A DNA stretch of 64,000 nt from a virus, in IMG/VR virus record IMGVR_UViG_3300032236_001259, positions 6,940-70,939 of that record. One strand, written 5' to 3'. Every line of letters starts with the position of its first letter. The first letter of the stretch is position 1. The notes under the pieces are model-generated. The model saw only the letters and a list, made by a program, of their open reading frames with translations. It was not told the origin of the DNA and did no database searches. Of the stretch, positions 1 through 9,367 are shown piece by piece. The translations under genes were made by a program, and so were the position numbers.

Positions 1-638
1 CAATCAATAGATTTTATATATCCAATTCTATAATCACCTTCTTCTTTAAATGTATTGAATAAGATATTATACTCACCATGTATGTTACGCAGATTATCTA
101 TTCCCTCCAAAGAAAAATGAGATGTAACTAAATTTACTATTTCATCGTAAATATATTTTTTCAATGTTTCTTCTGTATCAGAGTGCAAGTCTACTATAGG
201 ACCATTGTTTACCACCAACCTAACATCAACTGAGTCAATATCATATTCTTCCCAAGCATAATTTGTGTTGATATCTATATTTAAAGAATCAAACCATAAT
301 TCTTTTGATATCTTTAAAGGTATCTTACAATCTATATTACGACTTTCATCCTGATAATAATCATCATCACCTATAAAAGCATTCTTAGCAGGATCATAAA
401 AAACTTTTCCAGTAGTACTAAATTCTCCAGCAAAGCTACCATACTCCATGTAGTCAGCTACAAAAGCGCATAGTTTATTACCATACTCATCATCATAACC
501 TAAATCACCGTTGTCTATGTGAGCGTAATAACATCCGCTATCATTTCCCCCCTCCCAAGATACGGTTATCTCTTTACCCTCAGATGAAAGTTTTTTAAGC
601 CATTCATTCAATGAAAGTTTTTTAGTTTTCTCACTCAT
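1..638 (-). CDS. Hypothetical protein, DUF6878-like; runs off the window start
   Basis: ATG at 638 overlaps the upstream stop; reads MSEKTKKLSLNEW...SWEGGNDSG; the GGNDSG motif and position next to a DUF6915-like gene support the family call. Confidence 0.55.
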   Translation of the reverse strand, partial: MSEKTKKLSLNEWLKKLSSEGKEITVSWEGGNDSGCYYAHIDNGDLGYDDEYGNKLCAFVADYMEYGSFAGEFSTTGKVFYDPAKNAFIGDDDYYQDESRNIDCKIPLKISKELWFDSLNIDINTNYAWEEYDIDSVDVRLVVNNGPIVDLHSDTEETLKKYIYDEIVNLVTSHFSLEGIDNLRNIHGEYNILFNTFKEEGDYRIGYIKSID

Positions 639-1014
639 GTGTTTGTTCTTTTAATTGTGAAGATTCAATTTCTTTTATTATTTTTCGTGTCTCATCAGAC
701 TTCATCATCCATGGTTGTGCTTGAAGATTTTTTAACCATTCCTCAAGTGTCGGGATAAACCCACAATCTTCCAAGATATGATGATAAGCTATCTGTCTTA
801 CTTCAACCATCTTACCATCGGAGTTAGTAATATAATCCCCGAATACCTGTTCTGCCAGAAGCATCCCAAAAGAATTGTGAAGAATGCATCGATGTTTAAA
901 GTTAGGCAGATGCCCTTTTGTTGAATCGAACCATCTATGGATCTCGATATAGTCTTTGATTTCTCCTCCGTATTTCTTTACGGAACTTCGAGCGTGTAAT
1001 AATGGTGTACCCAT
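631..1014 (-). CDS. DUF6915-like His-rich phage protein
   Basis: HARSSVKKYGG...IHRWFDSTK...HRCILH...HHILEDCG pattern. Confidence 0.65.
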   Translation of the reverse strand: MGTPLLHARSSVKKYGGEIKDYIEIHRWFDSTKGHLPNFKHRCILHNSFGMLLAEQVFGDYITNSDGKMVEVRQIAYHHILEDCGFIPTLEEWLKNLQAQPWMMKSDETRKIIKEIESSQLKEQTHE

Positions 1015-1038
1015 TGTTTTGATTTTTAGAATTAAAAA

Positions 1039-1347
1039 TTATTTAAAATAGATAATGATCTTATCATTCTGTATTAGAACTTTTTTAGAGCTGAACTCCA
1101 AAGTTATATCTTTTGGAAATTCTATAGACTTAGATTTTATTTCTTTGTCTATAGTTTTTGTATGTTTCCTAGCTACTCCCATTTCTCTTCTTACATTTAA
1201 ATATTTTGCGGCAACTCCAGTGATGGGTCTCTTTAGAACTTTAGAAAGATAAGCAATGTTTTCCTCATGGCTTTTCTTATTTGTTGCAACTCTTTTTAAA
1301 ATTTCTATTTCTTTTTCTGAATAGAATCTGATTGTTTTGTTTGGCAT
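1039..1347 (-). CDS. Small basic hypothetical protein, possibly DNA-binding
   Basis: 102-aa Lys-rich ORF within the minus-strand gene run. Confidence 0.5.
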   Translation of the reverse strand: MPNKTIRFYSEKEIEILKRVATNKKSHEENIAYLSKVLKRPITGVAAKYLNVRREMGVARKHTKTIDKEIKSKSIEFPKDITLEFSSKKVLIQNDKIIIYFK

Positions 1348-1365
1348 GTTTTTTTATTTTTAATG

Positions 1366-1923
1366 TTAACTAATTTTTGCTATCATCATCATGGGACACG
1401 TATCAAAGTAATTCACTCTGATATATTTTCCGAACGTTCCTTTGATTACAAAATGATGTAACGGAGAATCCTTCTCAATCTCTTGTATAATTTTCTCCGA
1501 CCTACATTTAAAAAATTCATTTATGGTTTCATTAGAACCCACACCTCTAACACAGAAAGTCATAACAAATCTTTCGTTTTTAAACTTCCTTATATAATCG
1601 TAGCTTTTATGGATTGTACTAAAGAAATCGAAATCGTAAACAGAATTCTTATTTGTTTCAGCTGAAAGGATATCACCAAACTTATAATTAGTTTTAGTAT
1701 CATTATCTGATTCTAGTTTTAAACTAGATAGCTGATGTAGCATAACGCTATTACTGTTTTCCCAAATTTCTATATCAATAAATTTATTGGTTTTACACCA
1801 ACTTAGATACTGATTGATATCTGGCCCAGCCAGACCGACGATGCCCGTATCTTTGAAAAAAGAAAATATAAATTCTCTGGCCATCTTCTTTTTTAAAGCA
1901 CCTTCGTAAGTTTGTTTTTTCAT
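1366..1923 (-). CDS. Hypothetical protein, possibly divergent SAM-dependent methyltransferase-like fold
   Basis: IVGLAGPD followed by IEIWE and YDFDF strands; weak resemblance only. Confidence 0.35.
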   Translation of the reverse strand: MKKQTYEGALKKKMAREFIFSFFKDTGIVGLAGPDINQYLSWCKTNKFIDIEIWENSNSVMLHQLSSLKLESDNDTKTNYKFGDILSAETNKNSVYDFDFFSTIHKSYDYIRKFKNERFVMTFCVRGVGSNETINEFFKCRSEKIIQEIEKDSPLHHFVIKGTFGKYIRVNYFDTCPMMMIAKIS

Positions 1924-1938
1924 TTATTATATTTTAGG

Positions 1939-2349
1939 TTAAGAAGCTAAAGGATTTTCGTAATGTATAATCATGAACGGGCTGAGATCTATAATTTCAA
2001 ACCATGAATTTAATTTTATCTCACAATTATCAATGGATCTATTCCGATTACTATAATGTTTATTCGATATTTCAGATATAATTCGATGAATAACATATTT
2101 TATACTATGGCTATTCATAGCTCTATAAAAGAATCTACCATCTTTAGTTTTAATTGCTAATTTAAAATCGTGGAAATATAAAATAGTGTTTCTTTTTTTA
2201 TCTACCTTAACTTTTATTTCATAATTTCCAAATGATTTTGATTCTTTAAAAGCTTTTAAACCTTTTGTTATTTCATTCATGATATAATAATTTTTTAATT
2301 TATTTTTAATTTTTTGTATATAGATTTCATCCCGTAAATCATTAAACAT
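1939..2349 (-). CDS. Hypothetical protein
   Basis: ORF in operon-like run; true start may be internal. Confidence 0.5.
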   Translation of the reverse strand: MFNDLRDEIYIQKIKNKLKNYYIMNEITKGLKAFKESKSFGNYEIKVKVDKKRNTILYFHDFKLAIKTKDGRFFYRAMNSHSIKYVIHRIISEISNKHYSNRNRSIDNCEIKLNSWFEIIDLSPFMIIHYENPLAS

Positions 2350-2573
2350 TTTTGTCTACAACATCCATCATATATAACATATCTCCATGTACTATCAGAA
2401 GTTTTTACATGCCTACGTTTAACACTATCCCATCTTGTGTTATGAATATAGATTCTTAAACTTCTATTACAACATATACATTTCGCTCTTTCTTTAACCG
2501 GTGGTACTGGTAAAGGATTATTTATATTACTCACTGTTAACAGTTTAATTAACATTTCATCATTTTTTTTCAT
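2295..2573 (-). CDS. Small Cys-rich hypothetical protein
   Basis: CICC and CCRQKC motifs. Confidence 0.5.
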   Translation of the reverse strand: MKKNDEMLIKLLTVSNINNPLPVPPVKERAKCICCNRSLRIYIHNTRWDSVKRRHVKTSDSTWRYVIYDGCCRQKCLMIYGMKSIYKKLKIN

Positions 2574-2625
2574 AACTATTTATTTTATTGTAAACACGAA
2601 TTTTATGGCAAGAACATTATAAATT

Positions 2626-2892
2626 TTATTTGATGTTTTTTATATTTTTTCTTAGGTTATATTTTCTGATCAAAGTATACATTGTTTTTTCTGATATACC
2701 TGTGACGATACTAGTTTGAGTCCTAGTCCATTTTTTTTCATTAAAACATTTTTCTAATGTTCTAACTATCATTCTCTCAATATTCAAATCCTCATTTTCT
2801 ATTGGTACTATATTAGGGAATTTAATATTTAATTTCTCAATACCAATCTGTCTGAGTTTTTTTGGTTTATTTACTTTTAAAATACTATACAT
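2626..2892 (-). CDS. Fis-type helix-turn-helix protein
   Basis: C-terminal WTRTQTSIVTGISEKTMYTLIRKYNL matches the Fis/NtrC HTH pattern. Confidence 0.65.
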   Translation of the reverse strand: MYSILKVNKPKKLRQIGIEKLNIKFPNIVPIENEDLNIERMIVRTLEKCFNEKKWTRTQTSIVTGISEKTMYTLIRKYNLRKNIKNIK

Positions 2893-3079
2893 ATTTTTTT
2901 GTATTTAATTTTTTAAAGTCATAGTTTTCCATCAAATCTAACTCTCTTGAATTTATATTTCTATCTTGAGTGTTATGAATAGATATTGCCCTACTACTTA
3001 CTTTAAATTCATTTAACCATTGTTCTTCATTGATAGGATTATCAGGATAAACTGATTTTTGAATTTTAAGATTTTCCAT
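2885..3079 (-). CDS. Hypothetical protein
   Basis: 64-aa ORF coupled to its neighbour. Confidence 0.5.
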   Translation of the reverse strand: MENLKIQKSVYPDNPINEEQWLNEFKVSSRAISIHNTQDRNINSRELDLMENYDFKKLNTKKYV

Positions 3080-3086
3080 GATTCAA

Positions 3087-3668
3087 TTATTTTTGTATGT
3101 TCCAAATTTCAATTGGTAGATATTTTCGGCAAATGTCTGCTGTTAATTTTTGGTTTTCTTTATAAGTACTACAATAAGCAACAGCAGCATCATAAACAAT
3201 AGCACTAGCAGCAGCAGCGTCAGCAGAAGCAGCCCAAGCAGCAGCACCAGCAGCACCAGCAGCATAAGCAGCAGAATAAGCAGCAGCAGCAGCAGTAACA
3301 GCACGAGCGGCACCATTAGAAGCATAATAAGCAGCACGAGCGGCACCATCAGCAGCATCCCAAGAAGCACGACCAGCAGCACCACAAGCAGCGTCCAATT
3401 CTTCTCTACTAATCTTACCTTCTCCAAAAGCAATGGCTGCATCGACAGCTTTTAAGCTTCTTTCGTCTTTCATTAAGTGCCGAACCGTGTTAGCGCAGTG
3501 ACCTTTTGCTAAAGTTAGAAGCTGTATATCTTCGGGATTAGTTCTTTGGAATAGCCACAACGGCCAGTCACCTCTATTACAAGTAGAGTAAGCCTCCTCC
3601 CATGACTTGCCAGTTGCCCAGTATTTTGCATCTTCGCAAGCATTTAGTTTCTCTAATAGTTCTTTCAT
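3087..3668 (-). CDS. Ala-rich paralogue 1 (Imm5-like helical family)
   Basis: MKELL..L.AC.. / DERSLKAVDAAIAFGEG / Ala-rich core / NQKLTADICRKYLPIEIWN, shared by five copies. Confidence 0.75.
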   Translation of the reverse strand: MKELLEKLNACEDAKYWATGKSWEEAYSTCNRGDWPLWLFQRTNPEDIQLLTLAKGHCANTVRHLMKDERSLKAVDAAIAFGEGKISREELDAACGAAGRASWDAADGAARAAYYASNGAARAVTAAAAAYSAAYAAGAAGAAAWAASADAAAASAIVYDAAVAYCSTYKENQKLTADICRKYLPIEIWNIQK

Positions 3669-3678
3669 TTTATTAAAT

Positions 3679-4182
3679 TTAAAGATTTATATTCCAGATT
3701 TTAATTGGCAAATACTTTCTACAGATGTCTGCTGTTAGCTTTTGGTTTCCTTCTTCAGCAGCACTAGCATAATAAGCGGCAGCAGCAGCATCATAACCAT
3801 CAGCAGCATAATAAGCAGCAGAAGCAGCATCACGAGCAGCAGCCCCAGCAGCAGACCAAGCATAAGCAGCATAATCGGCAGCACGAGCAGCAGCAGCAGC
3901 AGCAATCTTTAATTCTTTTCTACTAATCCTACCTTCACCAAATGCTATTGCGGCATCAACGGCTTTTAAACTTCTTTCATCTGTCATTAGATGTCTAACT
4001 GTGTTAGCGCAGTGACCTTTAGCTAGTGTTAGAAGCTGTATATCTTTTGGATTAGTTCTTACAAATAACCACAGCGACCAGTCGCCTCTGTGACAAGTTG
4101 CGTATGCTTCTTCCCAGGATTTATCTCCTACCCAGTCTGTTGCTTCTTCGCAAGCAGCTAGTTTAATTAGTAGTTCTTTCAT
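3679..4182 (-). CDS. Ala-rich paralogue 2
   Basis: Same conserved arms, different Ala-rich core. Confidence 0.75.
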   Translation of the reverse strand: MKELLIKLAACEEATDWVGDKSWEEAYATCHRGDWSLWLFVRTNPKDIQLLTLAKGHCANTVRHLMTDERSLKAVDAAIAFGEGRISRKELKIAAAAAARAADYAAYAWSAAGAAARDAASAAYYAADGYDAAAAAYYASAAEEGNQKLTADICRKYLPIKIWNINL

Positions 4183-4188
4183 AACTTT

Positions 4189-4608
4189 TTATTTTACATT
4201 CCAAATTTCGATTGGTAGATATTTTCTACAGATGTCAGCAATTAGTTTTTGGTTTGCTTCCCAAGCAGCAGCAGCAGCCCAAGCAGCAACAGCAGCATCA
4301 GCAGCTGCATAAGCAGCACGAACAGCAGCATCATCCAATTCTTCTCTACTAATCCTACCTTCCCCAAACGCGATAGCAGCATCAACAGCTTTAATGCTTC
4401 TCTCGTCCGTCATTAAATGTCTTACCGTGTTAGCACAGTGACCTTTTGCTAAGGTTAGAAGCTGTATATCTTCGGGATTGGTTCTTTTAAATAGCCATAA
4501 CAACCAATCGCCTCGATGACAAGTAGAGTAAATTTCTTCCCATGACTTGTCAGCTGCCCAGTCTGTTGCTTCTTCGCAAGCATTTAGTTTAATTAGTAGT
4601 TCTTTCAT
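4189..4608 (-). CDS. Ala-rich paralogue 3
   Basis: Start reassigned to MKELLIK ATG at 4608 by alignment with paralogues; shortest core. Confidence 0.75.
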   Translation of the reverse strand: MKELLIKLNACEEATDWAADKSWEEIYSTCHRGDWLLWLFKRTNPEDIQLLTLAKGHCANTVRHLMTDERSIKAVDAAIAFGEGRISREELDDAAVRAAYAAADAAVAAWAAAAAWEANQKLIADICRKYLPIEIWNVK

Positions 4609-4618
4609 GATTATCAAT

Positions 4619-4867
4619 TTAGTTGGAATTAGGAGAGAATAATTTTTCTCTTTCTTTAAACAGCTCATAATTTTTTTCCATATCTTTCGCTTTATTAATA
4701 TCACCATCTGTAATTTTATTTATAATGTACATGTGAGCATACATTAAAATTTCATTTTCTTTTTCCTCGTCGGGTATAAGAATGTGATCATCGATAGCTT
4801 CTTTTAATCTAGTTAAAATATCTTCTCTTGACATTGATGCGGACATCAGTAAAAATAATTGATCCAT
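4619..4867 (-). CDS. Hypothetical protein
   Basis: 82-aa ORF. Confidence 0.55.
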   Translation of the reverse strand: MDQLFLLMSASMSREDILTRLKEAIDDHILIPDEEKENEILMYAHMYIINKITDGDINKAKDMEKNYELFKEREKLFSPNSN

Positions 4868-4889
4868 CTTTTTTGTTTTTAATTGTTAT

Positions 4890-4916
4890 AAAAAAGCCCC
4901 GCCAATAGGCAGGGCT
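4890..4916 (-). terminator. Intrinsic terminator
   Basis: AGCCC...GGGCT stem followed by a U tract on the minus strand, after the VWA gene. Confidence 0.65.
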
Positions 4917-4934
4917 AAAATTGATATCGAAAAG

Positions 4935-6269
4935 TTAATCTTGAAACTCGGATTTGACTACTCGATTAAGTAAATCAGATACACTCTTTGGCAATTGATT
5001 CATATCGTTAATTACTATATGGTAATTATATATATTTGCCATTGCATTATAAGCTAAGCCAATTCCAACTGTTACAAAACTATCTCTTTTACATTTTTCA
5101 ATTATTCTTTTTAGATCTTTAATGGCTGAATCACCACCATAATTCTCACCAGATGGTTCTCCATCACTGATAACTATAAAAAGAATATTATCATCAGTAA
5201 AAGATCTTATCTTTTCGTGAATAGATTCTATTACAGGTCCGTCATAGTTTTGCTGCCATTCACCCTGATCTTGATTATCAATTGTATATTCAAATACTTG
5301 ATTGTATTTGTCATGATAAATTCTTATTTCAGGATCGTAATCTCCACTATGACCATAAATATAAATCTTATCCTGAGGAAGTATTTCACTGAATGCTTTG
5401 TACAATATCTTCATCAGCTCATATTGATGTGTATCATAACTGCCCTGCATAGAACCGCTTTCATCTGCTAGTATGCAAACACTAAAAGGTCTAGTAGTTT
5501 GCCTTTTTTCTACTCGAAAATATACATGAGAGTTACCAGCGGGTACTTCTGCTATCTTATTCACATTCAATTTACCAGACTTGAGATTTTCTATCTTATC
5601 TTTTTCAGGATCAAAATTAATATCTAACATTTTAACTAAGTGACTAGCTCTAGTTGTTTCATGTTGGCTATACACAGTTGGATTAGAATTTTTATTTTTA
5701 ACCTTAAATGTAGTATTAGCTTTTAACTCACCCGAAACAGACTCAGATCTACCGTAAACGTAAAATCTTTTCTTAGTCTTAGATAATTCATCTTCAGCCT
5801 TCTCTTTATTTCTATCATCTTTATGAGATGTGTTATCAGATCCGATGTCGCCTTTATCAGATTTATCATCAGGTATATTTATCCAAAAATCAGTATTACA
5901 AATAACATCTTCATAATTCTTAAAAAGATTTTTTAGTTCATTTTCAATATCAATGATTTTATTTAATGCATTTTCAACTGATGAACTATTGATATTTAAT
6001 GTTTTTGTCTTTTTACCTAAAAATGATTTACCTTCTCCTATACTATGATCACAAAGAAAAATATTAATTATTTCTTTTGATTTGTTAATCGATAAGAGAA
6101 ATATCTTAATCAGCTTTTCATTATTGTAATAACTAAGAGGACTAATATATCCTTTTCTGTTTTTCCAATTAACATTATATGATGTTCTTATTTCTGGATG
6201 GTCATATAATACTTTTTCATAACCTCCAAAATAACTATTCTCCCAATTTGATACACTGAAATATTTCAT
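4935..6269 (-). CDS. VWA-domain protein (CobT-like MoxR partner)
   Basis: MIDAS motif ILADESGSM and VISDGEP. Confidence 0.85.
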   Translation of the reverse strand: MKYFSVSNWENSYFGGYEKVLYDHPEIRTSYNVNWKNRKGYISPLSYYNNEKLIKIFLLSINKSKEIINIFLCDHSIGEGKSFLGKKTKTLNINSSSVENALNKIIDIENELKNLFKNYEDVICNTDFWINIPDDKSDKGDIGSDNTSHKDDRNKEKAEDELSKTKKRFYVYGRSESVSGELKANTTFKVKNKNSNPTVYSQHETTRASHLVKMLDINFDPEKDKIENLKSGKLNVNKIAEVPAGNSHVYFRVEKRQTTRPFSVCILADESGSMQGSYDTHQYELMKILYKAFSEILPQDKIYIYGHSGDYDPEIRIYHDKYNQVFEYTIDNQDQGEWQQNYDGPVIESIHEKIRSFTDDNILFIVISDGEPSGENYGGDSAIKDLKRIIEKCKRDSFVTVGIGLAYNAMANIYNYHIVINDMNQLPKSVSDLLNRVVKSEFQD

Positions 6270-6275
6270 TGAAAA

Positions 6276-7235
6276 TTATTTAGCGGTTTCTAGAATATTT
6301 TCTAAAGATTTCATACCATCAGTTCCTCCGATACCTTTGCATATAGTATAGAAACTATCATACAAAGTAAAACCATCGTCAACCAATTCTGAGATCATTT
6401 TTAGATGTCTTATAGATAGATTAAAACTGATATTGAAACTATTGTGAGCTTCATTTATCTTGTTATACACATCTATCATTTTATCTAATACTACAGATAG
6501 TATATCAGGAGTATGAATTTTAATTGCTTCTTTAACCTGACTGCTTTCTAACGGATCAATCTCTATAATCATAAATCTATCCATCAAAGCGCGGTCTAAC
6601 TTGTGAGTACCAGTATACTGACCTCCAAGATTAGCAGTAGCAATGAATACACATTTCTCGTGGATCTTAATCGGAGTAACATCATCAAAGCAATATTCCA
6701 TAGGTAACTCTCTTCTAAAATCTAAGCAGGGGAATAATAAGTTATTCGCAGTGGCTGAGGCTCTAGACAATTCATCTAAAAGAATAATACCTGGTTGGGA
6801 AATAACTTCACTAAATCTGCTCTTTACAAATCTAGAAGTAGTTTTACCATCTTCCATTTTAATAACGTGTGTTCCGATCAAACTCATAATAGGATCACTC
6901 ATAGTTCCCATATCAAAGATTGTTAAAGGAAGATTAAGTTCATCGGCTACATTAGCTATCAACTCAGTCTTACCAACTCCAGTTGGTCCGAGTAATAAAG
7001 TGTTAACATTTCTCTTAATGTTACGCTCTAGTATGGCATAATTACCGGTACTAACTTTAAAATAACCATTCAAAGTTTTGAAATCTTCTTTCGTGGATAA
7101 TGAAGGCCTAGATTTCTTTCTTGGAGATACTGATTTTCTTTTTTCAGCCAAGACTCCGAATGTTTCGGAAACTTTAACGACATCTTCTTCTGATACTAAA
7201 GTGTTTAATACTTCTTTTTTTGTTGTTGCTAACAT
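6276..7235 (-). CDS. MoxR-family AAA+ ATPase (CobS/CbbQ-like)
   Basis: Walker A GPTGVGKT, Walker B ILLDELSRA, ATAN, LDRALMDRF. Confidence 0.9.
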   Translation of the reverse strand: MLATTKKEVLNTLVSEEDVVKVSETFGVLAEKRKSVSPRKKSRPSLSTKEDFKTLNGYFKVSTGNYAILERNIKRNVNTLLLGPTGVGKTELIANVADELNLPLTIFDMGTMSDPIMSLIGTHVIKMEDGKTTSRFVKSRFSEVISQPGIILLDELSRASATANNLLFPCLDFRRELPMEYCFDDVTPIKIHEKCVFIATANLGGQYTGTHKLDRALMDRFMIIEIDPLESSQVKEAIKIHTPDILSVVLDKMIDVYNKINEAHNSFNISFNLSIRHLKMISELVDDGFTLYDSFYTICKGIGGTDGMKSLENILETAK

Positions 7236-7277
7236 GTTTTTTAGTTTTAAATATTAATAAAAAATGATTGAAAAATT

Positions 7278-7304
7278 AAAAAGCCCTATCATTTGACAGG
7301 GCTT
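7278..7304 (-). terminator. Intrinsic terminator
   Basis: AAGCCCT/AGGGCTT stem plus U tract on the minus strand. Confidence 0.6.
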
Positions 7305-7313
7305 AAGATGTGA

Positions 7314-7535
7314 TTAGATAAGTTCTTGAAGTCGCAAGATTTCATTTCGTATTTGAGATTTAGAACTTCGTGTTGCTGGACTATTAAATTTTAAACTCTT
7401 ACCTTCAGCGTTGGTAACAGTGATATTAAATCCCGAAGGATCTTCGTTAATTTCTTTGATTAACGTTTGAACATTCTCGATTGGAGAATTGAATGAGTGG
7501 GTAGCATCGCTACGTTTAACCGTAAGAATTGACAT
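7314..7535 (-). CDS. Hypothetical protein
   Basis: 73-aa ORF followed by a terminator. Confidence 0.55.
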   Translation of the reverse strand: MSILTVKRSDATHSFNSPIENVQTLIKEINEDPSGFNITVTNAEGKSLKFNSPATRSSKSQIRNEILRLQELI

Positions 7536-7610
7536 ATATTATTGGTTTAAAAATGACTAAATTGGTATTTTTATTTATAAATTATAGATATTTATATATA
7601 AATTATTGAT

Positions 7611-8723
7611 ATGGTATCTTACAAACAGCAATTATTTATCTCCCTTATAGATGATATAACTCTCAATGAATCTTACTCATACAATGGTAAGATTAGTTTA
7701 TTAGAATTATTATTAGAAGTAGCTATGGATGATTCCATGGCAAAAAAACTAATAGATACTAAGAAAAGAAATAGCATATATTATCAAGGTGATGATAAAA
7801 TTAAGAAAGGTTGGCATGCCATAGAACCAATAAGATTAGCGACTAAAGAAGATGGTGCCAAATATTTATATGGATACGACGTGCCTAAAGATGGTAGTAA
7901 ACCTGAGTTACAATATTTCAAGTTAGATAAAATTGTTAACTGGAATATTCTTGGTAATAAGAATGCCGATTTAGCTAAAGAATATAACGAAAAAATACAA
8001 AAGTTTTTTGATAACCCTAAGATTCCTGTAGAAAGAAAAGAGAAATATAAAGAAAAATTACAGAAGCTAGGTATTAAAGTTAAGAACTTCTTTAAGAAAG
8101 CAGCGGTTGGAACTGCTATGGTAGGCTCTTTGATGATGCCTTTTAAAAGTGATATTAAAACTTTTTTGCGTAAACAATATCCAAATGTAGCTGAATTATA
8201 TTCTACTAGAAATTTATCGACAAGTGATTTTAAAGATTCCCAGATTAAAGCTATAGGAACGGTGATACATAATGCTATTCAAAGAAATCATAAAAAAAAT
8301 AAAGGATCGACCGAATATGTAGATTACCCTGAAGAAGTATCTAAATTTGTTACGCACAAAGAATATGACAAATTAGATTACGTGATGAAACAAGTAGGTT
8401 CAAATCCTTATTTAATGGTTGGTACAACTTTAGGGCGGTTCAAATATACTTTACAGAAAGATGGTTCATATTTAGTTACAGATATATATGACTTCTCTAA
8501 ATCTCCTAAAATAAAAACAACCAAAGATGATGTGAAAGATCTAATATATCCCCTAGCATTGCGGAAGATAATGAAAGATAATAATGTAGGTTATTATAAA
8601 GCTATAAGACACATGGCATATCTAGAACATCCGGATTCAGCCCCTGATTCTTCTAAATCTCATATAGCTATAATCGTTCCCGGTTCATATGTAACTGGTA
8701 CCGAAGGCGGTGGAGTTTCATAG
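7611..8723 (+). CDS. WYL-like domain protein, probably late-expressed
   Basis: SIYYQG...HAIEPIRL...YLYGYD...YFKLDKI resembles WYL; ATATTTATA motif at 7588; opposite strand to its neighbours. Confidence 0.55.
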   Translation: MVSYKQQLFISLIDDITLNESYSYNGKISLLELLLEVAMDDSMAKKLIDTKKRNSIYYQGDDKIKKGWHAIEPIRLATKEDGAKYLYGYDVPKDGSKPELQYFKLDKIVNWNILGNKNADLAKEYNEKIQKFFDNPKIPVERKEKYKEKLQKLGIKVKNFFKKAAVGTAMVGSLMMPFKSDIKTFLRKQYPNVAELYSTRNLSTSDFKDSQIKAIGTVIHNAIQRNHKKNKGSTEYVDYPEEVSKFVTHKEYDKLDYVMKQVGSNPYLMVGTTLGRFKYTLQKDGSYLVTDIYDFSKSPKIKTTKDDVKDLIYPLALRKIMKDNNVGYYKAIRHMAYLEHPDSAPDSSKSHIAIIVPGSYVTGTEGGGVS

Positions 8724-9036
8724 TTTGACCGATAAACAGAACAAAGAATAGTAATATTAGATACGGTTGTAATATAACGAATAGATATATATTAATCTCT
8801 TCGTATGACATCCCGCATTTCTTTGCGTAGTATAGCATACAATCGCAACACCATAAAAAGAATTCATTATTTTTATTACTAACACTTGGTAGTTTATTGA
8901 ATAATTCCTCTGAATTTTTATAGTTATGCTTTAAGTAATAATGAATGTTTTCCGATTGACTTGTATTTTTATGAACAATTGCACATAAGTATAATACAAA
9001 TACTAAAGAAATTATAATAAATAATATTCTTTTCAT
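8668..9036 (-). CDS. Membrane protein
   Basis: Hydrophobic segments at both ends. Confidence 0.55.
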   Translation of the reverse strand: MKRILFIIISLVFVLYLCAIVHKNTSQSENIHYYLKHNYKNSEELFNKLPSVSNKNNEFFLWCCDCMLYYAKKCGMSYEEINIYLFVILQPYLILLFFVLFIGQTMKLHRLRYQLHMNRERL

Positions 9037-9042
9037 AATTTT

Positions 9043-9288
9043 TTATTTAACTTTTTCTAATATTAAATATCTATCAAGATCGTTAGACGATAAAACGGTG
9101 TCACCGGCCCGGTAAGAAGAATCTAATTTCACAACCTCTACCTCAGATGAAGTATAAGTATCATATGTTAGACTAGAAACTTTTATTTTCTTAACTCTAA
9201 AATTTACATCTCTTGATGAACAAGATACTAATAATATTAACGGTGATACTAATAAAATTAATTTTTTCATTTTTTTATTTTTAGACAA
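9043..9288 (-). CDS. Putative lipoprotein
   Basis: MKKLILLVSPLILLVS-C lipobox-like signal. Confidence 0.55.
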   Translation of the reverse strand: MSKNKKMKKLILLVSPLILLVSCSSRDVNFRVKKIKVSSLTYDTYTSSEVEVVKLDSSYRAGDTVLSSNDLDRYLILEKVK

Positions 9289-9367
9289 TGATAAATTATA
9301 ATCGCATTTTTATTTGCAGATAATTTTTACAGGCAACTTCGATTTTTTGCGAAACACAGAGGACTTT

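Noticed and set aside
3143-3455. Poly-Leu and poly-Ser ORFs (also 12041-12223 and 21107-21313)
   Set aside because: Alternative-frame shadows of the GCT repeats
3087-4608. Diversity-generating retroelement behind the Ala-rich paralogues
   Set aside because: No reverse transcriptase in the window; variation includes length changes and is not adenine-specific
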